Below the pieces are notes generated by a model, which saw nothing but the letters and a program-made list of their open reading frames with translations, was not told the DNA's origin and ran no database searches. From the NCBI RefSeq assembly GCF_045865695.1, contig NZ_BAACAP010000227.1, positions 37,824 through 69,823 of the forward strand: a stretch of 32,000 bases of DNA, read 5' to 3'. The DNA is from Scytonema sp. NUACC26. Lineage in GTDB: Bacteria > Cyanobacteriota > Cyanobacteriia > Cyanobacteriales > Nostocaceae. Both the position numbers and the translations under genes were made by a program. Below are positions 9,846 to 18,834 of this stretch, piece by piece (position 1 is the first letter of the stretch; each line of letters opens with the position of its first letter).

Positions 9846-9908
9846 CCCTCCCCTTATAAAGGGGAGGGAACTAAATTTCTCTTAATTTCCCCCCTTTACA
9901 AGGGGGGA
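9846..9908. terminator. Two GC-rich perfect hairpins between convergent genes; probable bidirectional terminators and members of a dispersed repeat family
   Basis: CCCTCCCCTT-ata-AAGGGGAGGG (9846..9868) and TCCCCCCTT-tac-AAGGGGGGA (9888..9908). They lie between the + strand trypco2-like gene and the - strand ptuB. Confidence 0.45.
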
Positions 9909-9965
9909 CTAAGGGGGGTAATGATATGATTCAAATGACAAACCAACTACTTTTAAAATATCCTC

Positions 9966-10610
9966 TCAAAAATACTGTTTAAGTATATACGTAATTGCTG
10001 CTGAAAATGGTGTAAACCGTCCGCTTGAATCTCGCTTATCGTAAGCTTGAGTTAACAATTGTATTTCTTCGCCTGTTAACCCATCAGTCGCTTGCAGTAC
10101 TGCATCAATAGCTGCGCGTCTTAACTTTCTTAACTTATTAATGTCAAGTGCGAGTTTTTGAATAGTAGTTTTCGCAGGTGCTTGCTTTTGTGGCTCATCA
10201 ATTGGCAGAATTTCTCCAGAACCAGAATATTTAAAATAATCAGGACAATTTGGATCTAAAGGAGAAATCATGAGTTCCTCATCAAACCACGCCTGTTTTT
10301 TGTGTCCGCAATGTACTGGTACGCGAGGTCTGTCTTCATCTTCTCCTTGACATGAAGCGATGAGATTTGTATATTCAAATGTGAGATGTTTGTATACACT
10401 CTTGGGTCTATAGTGTTCTATATGACATTGCTTTCTACTAATGGGTCTACCACAGTAACAACAAATATAACCTTGTTCTTGTAGAAGAGAGAAATACACA
10501 TCATCTTTCACGCCTTTGGAGAAAGATTTCCAGTCAGGTATTCGACTCCCACGCTTCAAATTCCATTTGGTTAAGCTGTCTGGTTCTCGGCTTTTTTGAA
10601 TATATTTCAT
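9966..10610 (-). CDS. ptuB: HNH endonuclease of the PtuB / TIGR02646 type (Septu nuclease subunit)
   Basis: 214 aa. Cys-rich HNH core YICCYCGRPISRKQCHIEHYRPKS ... HCGHKK. The start overlaps the upstream ATPase stop by 4 nt. Confidence 0.75.
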   Translation of the reverse strand: MKYIQKSREPDSLTKWNLKRGSRIPDWKSFSKGVKDDVYFSLLQEQGYICCYCGRPISRKQCHIEHYRPKSVYKHLTFEYTNLIASCQGEDEDRPRVPVHCGHKKQAWFDEELMISPLDPNCPDYFKYSGSGEILPIDEPQKQAPAKTTIQKLALDINKLRKLRRAAIDAVLQATDGLTGEEIQLLTQAYDKRDSSGRFTPFSAAITYILKQYF

Positions 10611-12013
10611 CTGTTTAAAATTTCCTTGCGGCGGATCAGTACATCTGCTCGGACAAATTCTGGATCGTCTTCTCCGATTTCATCTGCTAAATTTTGGCGT
10701 AATTGTTTGGCACTATCCAGATTCCCTCCATCGATCAATCTGAAGAGACGATCCAAACCATCTTTAATTTGTTGAGGTCTTTCAGCAACACCCATAATGT
10801 CTTCTAAAATAGTATTGCTATCCCTACCAAAAGAACTTTCTGGCTGTCGGGCTTCGATACCTTCAGATGTTGTTTCTAGAAGAAAGACGTTATCAGCTTG
10901 AACGTGACTGACAACTTGTGGTGAGTGGGTTGTGATAATAAATTGACAATTGGGGAATGTTCTGGTTAAAGCAGGAATAATTTCTCTTTGCCATTTTGGA
11001 TGTAGATGGAGTTCAATTTCATCCACTAAAACAACACCGTTTCCTTGAAGTGGATTGTCTAAACCTGGATTGGCAATTGCTAAGCGTCTTGCTAAATCTC
11101 CCACTAAGGCTAGCAAACATTTTTCGCCATCAGATAATTGACTGACGATGAATTCTCTACCTTGTTTTTTAACAGTCATGCGTAAAGGATCTCGCCCTAC
11201 ACGCAAGTCAGAAAAATCTGGTTGCATGGAAGAAACTGCATTTCTCACCGCTTCTAACTGTTTGTCTCGAAGTTCGGAATTATCTCGCCGCAACTCATTT
11301 TCTAAATCTTCGCGATTTCGGAACCATTCAAAAAAGCCTTTGAAGTCAATTCTTCCACCAGTTAATGCTTGGTCGTAAGCATTTCTTTGTTGAAAAGAAA
11401 ATGTTTCAGCAATTTCTAAAGGCATATCAAGAACTGCTCGATTGACTGGATAGTAAATTGCTAAGGGTATGCTAGCATTCTCGTCTGCTACCAACTGATT
11501 TCTGATTGCGTTAGCTGCTTTTTCTAAATCTTCTAGAAAATCTTCGCTTGTTTCCTGACCTTCTATTTGATTGAAGTCTTCTAATAGGGATTCCAAAACC
11601 AGTTTTAAACTTTTCTGTCCTACCCGCTTTTGTAAAGGTTGCTCTCTCTTATCTAGGAAAGCTTTGATTTCTTCAAGTTTTCTCGCTGCTGAACTTTCAG
11701 GAGATTGTTCTTGTGCTCTAATCTCACTTAAAGACCAGGTTAAATCTTGTCTTTCAGTTAGAGAAATGACGATCTCAATTTTAGTTTCTTGACTGCCATT
11801 GGTTATATCTTCTTCGCTTAAAGAACGCATAAATTCTATGGAATCTTGAATTCGTCCTGTCATCTGAGACAAAAGAATTGCAAGACAATCAAGGATACTG
11901 GATTTTCCTACACCATTGACACCGATAAGTACAGTTGGACCCGTTTCACAAAAATCCAACGTTAGATCGCCGATTCCACGGAAAGAAGACATTTTTAGGT
12001 GCTTGACTTTCAT
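10607..12013 (-). CDS. ptuA: ABC/OLD-type (AAA_15/AAA_21-like) ATPase, PtuA-like (Septu ATPase subunit)
   Basis: Walker A GVNGVGKSSILD, LSDGEK signature-like motif, Walker B VVLVDEIELHLHP, H-loop TTHSPQV. The ORF track begins at a TTG (12025); I prefer the ATG at 12013 (MKVKHLKMSSFRGIGDL). Confidence 0.75.
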   Translation of the reverse strand: MKVKHLKMSSFRGIGDLTLDFCETGPTVLIGVNGVGKSSILDCLAILLSQMTGRIQDSIEFMRSLSEEDITNGSQETKIEIVISLTERQDLTWSLSEIRAQEQSPESSAARKLEEIKAFLDKREQPLQKRVGQKSLKLVLESLLEDFNQIEGQETSEDFLEDLEKAANAIRNQLVADENASIPLAIYYPVNRAVLDMPLEIAETFSFQQRNAYDQALTGGRIDFKGFFEWFRNREDLENELRRDNSELRDKQLEAVRNAVSSMQPDFSDLRVGRDPLRMTVKKQGREFIVSQLSDGEKCLLALVGDLARRLAIANPGLDNPLQGNGVVLVDEIELHLHPKWQREIIPALTRTFPNCQFIITTHSPQVVSHVQADNVFLLETTSEGIEARQPESSFGRDSNTILEDIMGVAERPQQIKDGLDRLFRLIDGGNLDSAKQLRQNLADEIGEDDPEFVRADVLIRRKEILNR

Positions 12014-12021
12014 AGCAGATC

Positions 12022-12930
12022 TCAAGTTAATATAATCCCTTTATCAAAAACGCGGTTATCGCTGTCGATACCACTGATTTCTATTCTATCTGGATAAACC
12101 TCAACAGCAGCAAAACTTAGTTTTGATGCAGAATAATCTGTCCAATCGGAATGTCCAACAGGACGAGTTCCCGCACCTCCACCACAAATTAAATATGTTG
12201 TTCCGTTAATAACTTTTGTTCTTTCATAATGGTGTTCGTGACCGTTAATATAGAGTTGGACTCTATATTTTTGAAAGAGTGGAGTGAAGATTTTTATAAA
12301 ATTTGGATTACTACCATAAACACCCGATGCATAAATCGGATGATGACCGTATACAATTTTCCAAGTCGCGTTAGAACGAATTAATTCGTTCTCTAACCAT
12401 ATTAACTGATTTTTCCAATCGGCATTGTCGTTGGTATCTAAAGCGAAAAATTGTATGCGATCGCGACGAAAAGTGTAGAAGCGCCCCAATATATTAAAGT
12501 TAACATATTTCATTTGAGGGTTGCCATTTTCCGTGCGAATATCATGATTTCCTAAAACAGCTTGAAATTTCACGCCTTTTTGAAGCAAGGATGCATAGGG
12601 ACGCTCAAAAACTTCATTAATTTTTTCAATTTCGCCGTTAGTATATATATTATCTCCTGCCAGTAGAATGAGATCGTAAGGCTTTTGGCTGTGATATTTA
12701 GTCATTGCTCTAGCTACAGAATACTGACCGCTATCTCCGGTTCCTGTATCTGCAACAGAGACAAAACGAAGCAACAAATCTTTTGTTTTTGGTTGAGCAG
12801 AGACGACTGTATTTGCTACGGCAGCACTATGAGTATAATTGCGATTTTGACGACCTAAAAGACCAAGAATACCTGCACCAAGGGTACTTAAACTACCAAA
12901 AAAGAGAAATTGACGACGTTTTAGTTTCAT
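12022..12930 (-). CDS. Calcineurin-like metallophosphoesterase (purple-acid-phosphatase-like) with a Tat-type signal peptide
   Basis: N-terminus MKLKRRQFLFFGSLSTLGAGILG (RRxFL twin-arginine). Phosphoesterase motifs SVADTGTG, LAGDNIY, LGNHD, YGHHPIY, INGHEHHYER. Confidence 0.85.
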   Translation of the reverse strand: MKLKRRQFLFFGSLSTLGAGILGLLGRQNRNYTHSAAVANTVVSAQPKTKDLLLRFVSVADTGTGDSGQYSVARAMTKYHSQKPYDLILLAGDNIYTNGEIEKINEVFERPYASLLQKGVKFQAVLGNHDIRTENGNPQMKYVNFNILGRFYTFRRDRIQFFALDTNDNADWKNQLIWLENELIRSNATWKIVYGHHPIYASGVYGSNPNFIKIFTPLFQKYRVQLYINGHEHHYERTKVINGTTYLICGGGAGTRPVGHSDWTDYSASKLSFAAVEVYPDRIEISGIDSDNRVFDKGIILT

Positions 12931-12986
12931 GAAATTGGGTTAGTGGTTAGTAGCGTAGGATAGGCGTCTCGCCTGTCATCGTTAGT

Positions 12987-13035
12987 TGACAAATGACCAA
13001 TGACAAATGACAAATGACAAATGACAAATGACAAT
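12987..13035. repeat. STRR heptamer array (TGACAAA, 7 units)
   Basis: Direct reading: TGACAAA TGACCAA TGACAAA x4 TGACAAT. Confidence 0.85.
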
Positions 13036-13074
13036 ATAAATTTCAATCAATATAACATTTGCCCGGAAGAAAAT

Positions 13075-14304
13075 TTATGGGCTACAAAGGTTACTACCCA
13101 AACGATTGATACAAGAAGATTTTTCTTCAGACGTTAACTCATTCCATTCCACATCTCGGCGTAAAACGATACCATTATGACTATTTAAAAAACGCGGTAA
13201 TTGCTCGTACTGAATAACTTTTAATGTTTGAATATCATAAGTTGTATAAGTAGTTAATTCTGGTGAATTAAAGTTAATATCTAGCACAGTTAAAGATTTC
13301 AAACGACGAGGGGTAGTGTCAATTAATGGTCGAGGACCAGAACCGAGAAGCCCTAAGTGGAGTAGCTGTAAGTTACCGCGATGTCCGGGATAGTAAGCGT
13401 GCTGGTGACCGCTAATATAGGTGTGTACCTTGTACCTTTCTAGCATTGCCCGCAGTCGATCTGCATTATCCATGACGTTTCCCGGATCGTTACGACCAAC
13501 CGCAATTCCGTATAAAGGCAAATGACCGAGTAAAACTCTCATTTTGGCTGCTTGAGCTTTGGAACTAGCAAGAGTTTTTTCGACCCATTGCAGCTTTTCT
13601 TGTGGAATGCGGCTAGAAGAACCATCCCACACCAGGAAAAATATATCTTTGTACTCAAAAGAGTAGTAAAAAGGAAATTCAAAACGGTCAACAAATTGAA
13701 CTCCAGGGTCGTGTTTGGGATTATTCCAGTACTCTGTTGCTAAGTCTCGCTCTTTTTGGTAAATAAAATTACCCTTGGCTCCTAACGAGCTTGAAGCATC
13801 ATGATTACCAATGGTAAAACCAAAAGGAAGCTTGGCACGGCGGAGAGGGGCTGCAATGTGGTTATCAAAAGCAGCCCACATTGCCCGGATTTGTTGTTCT
13901 GATAGGGTAGCTTTTTGTCCAGCAACCATGTCTCCACCGCATAGAACGAGATCCGGTTGCCAAAAGGGAATTAACGCTATGCCCTTATCCACTTCTGGAT
14001 CGTAGTCGGTGGAACCATAAGCGCTATTGAGGTCGCTGATTGCTAACAAACGCACATCGCCACGCTTTGGATTGAACAAACCATCCAATCCCGCACTTTT
14101 GACAATGGCAGCTGTTTCTGGAGGTAAAGATGACTGTGAAACAGTTTGAGGTTGAGTTTGGGAAACATTAGTTTCAAGCGATCGCTGTACTGTAACAGGT
14201 ATTTGTGGCGATTTAACTGATTGACAGGCATGCAATGCAAAACAAAGACACAACCCCAAAGTAATTCCAAAAAAGATTTGAGGAAAAAACTGCCGAAAAC
14301 GCAT
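13075..14304 (-). CDS. Metallophosphoesterase, probable lipoprotein
   Basis: 409 aa. Signal peptide ending in the lipobox-like LHAC. Motifs ISDLNSAYG, CGGDMVAG, TIGNHDAS, LGHLPLY, SGHQHAYY. Confidence 0.8.
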   Translation of the reverse strand: MRFRQFFPQIFFGITLGLCLCFALHACQSVKSPQIPVTVQRSLETNVSQTQPQTVSQSSLPPETAAIVKSAGLDGLFNPKRGDVRLLAISDLNSAYGSTDYDPEVDKGIALIPFWQPDLVLCGGDMVAGQKATLSEQQIRAMWAAFDNHIAAPLRRAKLPFGFTIGNHDASSSLGAKGNFIYQKERDLATEYWNNPKHDPGVQFVDRFEFPFYYSFEYKDIFFLVWDGSSSRIPQEKLQWVEKTLASSKAQAAKMRVLLGHLPLYGIAVGRNDPGNVMDNADRLRAMLERYKVHTYISGHQHAYYPGHRGNLQLLHLGLLGSGPRPLIDTTPRRLKSLTVLDINFNSPELTTYTTYDIQTLKVIQYEQLPRFLNSHNGIVLRRDVEWNELTSEEKSSCINRLGSNLCSP

Positions 14305-14364
14305 TAGGTTTCGAGTCCAAGAATAATTTCATGGACTACCATAACCTATCTGTCGCGAGAAAAT

Positions 14365-15264
14365 TTATCGAGCTGCTAACCAAGCTTGTAAATCAGCCAC
14401 ACTTGTAAAATCTAAAAGTGCTTCGCTCAATTCTTCCACAACAGGTAAGGGTAAATTGGAAATTTGTTGGCGCAATTCCAATGAAAGTTCTCCAAAGCGC
14501 TTGTTCAACAGTCGGATAACGAGATTGACTGTCGCTTCCACGCGACCTTCTTCCTTGATTTCTCGATAAACTCGCGTTTCCTGCAATGTGATTCCTAGCA
14601 TAGACTCTATCTCCCTAGGGCTAAATTGTTCAAACTTATACACCATGATTGTTGTCACCATCTCTATTATGGCGCGAGTTGATGGTTGAGATTGTTCTTG
14701 ACGGGTTCCGGTTAACAAATATCTTGCTTCTTCAATGGCTTGTTCATCCTCTATGGTTGTCAGTACCATCAGTGCTACTCATAAGGGTAACTGACGAATA
14801 TTTCCCAACTCGTTTAAGTACACCCGATGTACTTGGTCGCTGTTGAGCAATGCACGATAGGGATAGCTATCGCTTTGTTCGATACTGCGTGACGGATAAA
14901 TTACCACTGCTTGCCAATCGCTAAATCTGTCGCGGTTGCGGTAGAAATAGAGTGAAGATTCCGCACATAAGCGTTCGTAAAGTCTTTCATCTTTTTGAAA
15001 TTGTACCTCACAAAAATAAACCACTCCTGCACCTTGATTTTCTGGTGGGAGAAACACACCATCAATTTCAAATTTCGGTTCTTTGACAGCAACAGAATCA
15101 AATTGATAAGTACCTGCATTGTTTGGAGAATTTGTCAATAGTTCAAAGAGTAAAGTTGGGGATTGTTGAAACAGTTTGTAAAAGATCGAGTCTCGACGCA
15201 TAAGGGATTTACTGATGAAGCTGTTTGATGACAACGCATTCAACAGTTTATCCCCTTCAGTCAT
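14365..15264 (-). pseudogene. Rpn/DUF2887-like PD-(D/E)XK nuclease (putative transposase family) with a DUF4351-like C-terminus, interrupted by one in-frame TGA
   Basis: ORFs 14779..15264 (DSIFYKLFQQSPTLLFELL ... VYFCEVQFQKDERLYERL ... WQAVVIYPSR) and 14365..14769 are in the same frame. They are separated only by TGA at 14779..14781 (...IRQLPL*VALMVLTT...). The likely true start is M22 at 15201. Confidence 0.7.
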
Positions 15265-15351
15265 CAGTTTTAAAAAGAATTGTTATTCTTTGAAAAAGAA
15301 ATATAAACCTAAATACTCTCAGGCGATCGCATCTTTAATTGACGACTTAAT

Positions 15352-15523
15352 TTAGGGACTTCCAAATAAAAAAATATACAATTTTCTCTTGTGGTGCGAA
15401 GAGCAGCGCCGTGCGGGGGTTCCCCCCGTTGAGGCGACTGCGGGGCGTCCCGCCCGCCAATAGTATAGAACGGGCGTCCTCGCCCGTTCCACAAGATGAA
15501 TAATTTATTTCTTGGAAATCCCT
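15352..15523. mobile_element. MITE-like element, copy 1 (AT-rich terminal inverted repeats around a GC-rich structured core)
   Basis: The left end TTAGGGACTTCCAAATAAAAAAA matches the reverse complement of the right end, AGGGATTTCCAAGAAATAAATTA. The inner boundary is CTTGTGG...CCACAAG. The core includes the hairpin AACGGGCGtcctCGCCCGTT. Related copies are at 18448..18568 and 24362..24599. Confidence 0.65.
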
Positions 15524-15555
15524 TATCGAGCTGCTAACCAAGCTTGTAAATCAGC
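15523..15555 (-). pseudogene. 33-nt relic of the 3' end of a second Rpn/DUF4351-like gene
   Basis: Identical to 14365..14397 (ttatcgagctgctaaccaagcttgtaaatcagc). On the minus strand it encodes ADLQAWLAAR-stop. Homology decays upstream (VAVADLQAWLAAR against TSVADLQAWLAAR) and it abuts the MITE. Confidence 0.6.
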
Positions 15556-15614
15556 TACTGCAACTACACGCTTATGAAATTATCTTACAAGTCATTAACC
15601 AAACATAGGTTAAC

Positions 15615-15995
15615 TCATGGCTGTAGCGGTTCAACTGTTTGCTGTAGAACGCTTAATAACCAGTTTGCAGCTGTTGCTCTGCGAGTTTGTCGAGGTCCAA
15701 ACTCACCAATTTTATAACCCTTAAAGCCTAGTTTTTCCTTCAAAAGTTGTTTGTTCTCTGGTGGAATGGAACGAGTCAGCTTGACTGTTGCAGGGCGACT
15801 TTCAATAAAATTAGGTGGTTCGGGATACTCATCTCGCCACTCAGGTGTAACTTGCGTATTGTCCCACTGCTCAGTTGACGAGTCATAGTGATAGCCCAAG
15901 GAGTACCAGACTAACTGATTGACTGTAGCGTCATCAATTTCTTCATTGAGAATTGCCCAAATAGTTTCTGTCGTAAGAGGTGGCAAATTAGACAT
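15615..15995 (-). CDS. Conserved cyanobacterial/plastid-lineage hypothetical protein (DUF1823-like)
   Basis: 126-aa ORF with coding-like composition. The family name is recalled from the TVNQLVWYSLGY...W..T.V..EWRDEYPEPP pattern and is tentative. Confidence 0.45.
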   Translation of the reverse strand: MSNLPPLTTETIWAILNEEIDDATVNQLVWYSLGYHYDSSTEQWDNTQVTPEWRDEYPEPPNFIESRPATVKLTRSIPPENKQLLKEKLGFKGYKIGEFGPRQTRRATAANWLLSVLQQTVEPLQP

Positions 15996-16214
15996 GGGTG
16001 CTTAAACGATGGAAAATGACAAAAAAGGTAGCGGGGAACGGGGAACAGAAATTACCCCTGTAAAAAAACGTGTGTTGTTGGTCTAGAACCGCATTAAAAA
16101 AAGGTGTTTTCCGAGCATAGAGTGGGCAAGGAAAAGAGTTCCTCTAAAACCAATTTTAAACAAGAATGGGACACATAGGAATCATAAATAATTTATAAAA
16201 AATTTTCAATGATG

Positions 16215-16440
16215 TAGGGTGGGCAATGCCCACCACATAAAGATTTTGGTGAGAATTGCCCACCCTACGTATATTTCAAAAATCAAATAGTCGTCCTATA
16301 TAGGACTTCTATATAGCAATCCTAAATCATTTATAAACAATGTTTGGTACTGTAGGTAGTGCTCTACCGTACAAAAGACTTGGTGGGCAATGCCCACCCT
16401 ACTTGTATTTTATAAATTAAATACGATTCCTATATATAGG
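16215..16440. repeat. Cluster of palindrome-containing dispersed repeats (core GGTGGGCAATGCCCACCCTAC, followed by an AT-rich tail ending TCCTATATAGG)
   Basis: Copies at 16215..16235 (core only), 16248..16306 and 16380..16440. A degenerate relative lies at about 28422..28460. Confidence 0.6.
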
Positions 16441-16528
16441 TTAAAATCCAAAATGGTATTACCTCGATCGCAAAGAAAAGTGCATAATAAACAAAGTAAG
16501 CTGGATATTATCAAAACTTAACCAGTTA

Positions 16529-16825
16529 ATGCAGAATACCACACCGCAATCAAAGCAAGTTCGCGCCCATGTATTCATTTCTGGGAGAGTTCAAGGAGTT
16601 GGCTATCGCTATGCCACCGTCGAAACTGCTACTCAACTCAGATTAACAGGTTGGGTGCGGAATCTACTAGATGGACGTGTAGAAGCAGTTTTTGAAGGAA
16701 GTCAGGAGGTTGTTGATGAGATGATTCGTTGGTGTCATGAAGGTCCACCTGCTGCTATGGTGAAAGATATGCATATAGAATACGAGCAACCGGAAGGGCT
16801 GCAAGGATTTCAAGTGAGACGCTAA
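16529..16825 (+). CDS. acyP: Acylphosphatase
   Basis: 98 aa. The signature VRAHVFISGRVQGVGYRYAT plus GWVRNLLDGRVEAVFEG is the classic acylphosphatase pattern. Confidence 0.92.
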   Translation: MQNTTPQSKQVRAHVFISGRVQGVGYRYATVETATQLRLTGWVRNLLDGRVEAVFEGSQEVVDEMIRWCHEGPPAAMVKDMHIEYEQPEGLQGFQVRR

Positions 16826-16835
16826 TAAAACTCTT

Positions 16836-18128
16836 TTACTCGTTCATATCTTTATATGTGGCTAATGCAGAAGGTGACAACCGACTGAGATAGCGGAATA
16901 TCCAATACTTAAATATAGTGTCTAAAATTACAGGAAAAGTAGCAATAAATAAAGATATCAAGCTCTGATTAGCTGGAAGCCCTAAATGTTCCGCAAAGCT
17001 ATCCAGAATAACTTCCCATCCATGAGGTGAGTGAAAACCCACAAATGTATCTGTGAATAAGATTATTAAAAAAGCTTTAGCACTGTCACTTAAACCATAA
17101 ATGATATTATCTAAAAAAGCTTTTACCACAAGAATTTCTTTCTGACTTATAACAATAACTAGGGCAAAAGCTATCAGCGATAACAAATCGGCAAACACAT
17201 TACTAATAGCACTGTTACTTTTAGAGTGGAATTCCTCAACAAGTTCGCGAGCTTTCTCTTTCACTTGATGCTCTATTGACTCTGGAGACAGAGGAGGTGC
17301 TTGAGAAATTAAGTGTTGAAATTGAAGCTTTTTCTCAAAATTTTTTAATTCTTTAAAAGCCTCTTCCTCCATTTCATGATGAAGAAAAATTGGATTTGCA
17401 TTTTCACCTCTCACTCTTTCAACAATAGGTACTATCAAAGGTTTAGAGAAGTGTTGGGTTAACATAGGGATAATGACTAACAGCAGTAAAAATCTGACTG
17501 CCATTCTTGTTCTATTTTGGGAAATCCGGAAATTTTTCACAAAATTTTCTTCAGCTTCTGAAGAAAAATCTGACTGAATTCTACTAAAAGTTCTACCAAT
17601 AGTTCTAGGCAATAATCCTGATTTATTAAAAGCTGACTCAACTCTTATCTCGGTTCCTTGAGATGAAGTCATTGGATTTTCAATAATGTTTTTAACTTGG
17701 GTATTTTGTGGTTTTAAGACTATACTGTCATCATTGACTAGCTTCGGCTTTTCCTGCTTATAAGTATACTTATCTAAAATCTCATCAATAAACTTCAACT
17801 TATCTAAAAATGTTGTATTGGGAGTATTGAACAATGAATTACCTATTTTAAATTCTGCTAATCTTAGTTTAATAATAATAATGTTTTTCTCTAATTGTAC
17901 CTGCCAATAAGACATGGCACTTTCAGAATAACTCGCTGATTCGAACGATATTTTCTTTCCTGCAAAGTGTTCTATCTCAATATTTCTAATGGTCAGAGCA
18001 GCTTGGTGAGCTTCTGAAAGGGATCTTTCTGGCGTACCTGTTAACCATTGGTAGATAGATTGCAAACGTTCTTGAAGTTTTCTTTTAGAAAAAAGAGTTT
18101 TCTTGGTCTTGATAATAGAATCTTTCAT
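16836..18128 (-). CDS. pcxA: Proton extrusion protein PcxA (CemA family inner-membrane protein)
   Basis: 430 aa. Long soluble N-terminus, then the CemA-like membrane core: FHSPHGWEVILDSFAEHLGLP...LFIATFPVILDTIFKYWIFRYLSRLSPSA. Confidence 0.85.
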   Translation of the reverse strand: MKDSIIKTKKTLFSKRKLQERLQSIYQWLTGTPERSLSEAHQAALTIRNIEIEHFAGKKISFESASYSESAMSYWQVQLEKNIIIIKLRLAEFKIGNSLFNTPNTTFLDKLKFIDEILDKYTYKQEKPKLVNDDSIVLKPQNTQVKNIIENPMTSSQGTEIRVESAFNKSGLLPRTIGRTFSRIQSDFSSEAEENFVKNFRISQNRTRMAVRFLLLLVIIPMLTQHFSKPLIVPIVERVRGENANPIFLHHEMEEEAFKELKNFEKKLQFQHLISQAPPLSPESIEHQVKEKARELVEEFHSKSNSAISNVFADLLSLIAFALVIVISQKEILVVKAFLDNIIYGLSDSAKAFLIILFTDTFVGFHSPHGWEVILDSFAEHLGLPANQSLISLFIATFPVILDTIFKYWIFRYLSRLSPSALATYKDMNE

Positions 18129-18447
18129 AAGAAGGTTAATTAATTAAATATTTATCTGATATTTATGAATTCGTTTCTAATGAAGAATAGTAAAGGGGCG
18201 ATTGAGAACAATCGGAACATAGAATAGAGCGATCGCTCATATCAAACAATTTTACACACTTTCCGTTACCTTTACCATACTTATATCCGAGAGGATGTCT
18301 GAGAAGTATCAAATTTTATTTAGATCCCCTTTAGTATTTTTAGAGGGGATTTATGGAGATCGGGAAAACCTTGATACATCAGTAAAAACTTTATAGACAG
18401 CCTTTGAAGTTGTGATGCAAGAACACAATAAGTAGATGCAAGTCACT

Positions 18448-18568
18448 AAGGGATTTTCAAGAAATAAATTATCTATCTTGTAGAGCGAGAGTTCCCGCCT
18501 GCCTGTTCTTTGAGACGAGCTATAAGCAGCATCCCACAAGATAAAGTTAAATATTTTTAATTAGGAAG
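18448..18568. mobile_element. MITE-like element, copy 2 (short variant)
   Basis: TAAGGGATTTTCAAGAAATAAATTATCTATCTTGTAG ... CCCACAAGATAAAG. It has the same end architecture as 15352..15523 with a different, shorter core. Confidence 0.5.
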
Positions 18569-18834
18569 CGCTTACACTCAACACCATTGTAGATATCAAA
18601 CCCTAAACATAGACTCAGTAAAATGTATAACTAAATAACTATATAACTTGATTTAGATTTTTACCTATATTTACTGACTTCATGACAAAGATTATTAAAT
18701 TCACCCTTTACTTTATTAAAAAGATCCGTTTTTTTGCTATATGGTAAATATGGTGTGGAATACTACAACTTAAATTTGTAGTCGAGTGTATTCATGAAAC
18801 AATTGCATCAACCCTTTATCAGTAGCTGATTTAT

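Noticed and set aside
9812-12930. A retron (RT plus msr/msd) associated with the PtuAB-like pair
   Set aside because: No reverse-transcriptase ORF is in or near the module. The only structured DNA nearby, the hairpins at 9846..9908, belongs to a generic GC-rich repeat type. I therefore treat the pair as stand-alone Septu-like.
12022-14304. The two tandem metallophosphoesterases as part of the defence module
   Set aside because: Both carry export signals (a Tat motif and a lipobox). They look like periplasmic phosphate-scavenging enzymes. Only the tight junction with ptuA is noteworthy, and it is reported as a finding rather than as a functional link.
15309-15541. ORFs 15309..15494 and 15347..15541, and likewise 24323..24613, 24403..24645 and 24491..24748
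   Set aside because: They lie entirely within the MITE-like GC-rich elements. They are open in several overlapping frames on both strands and give Pro/Arg/Gly-rich peptides, so they are repeat-derived artefacts.
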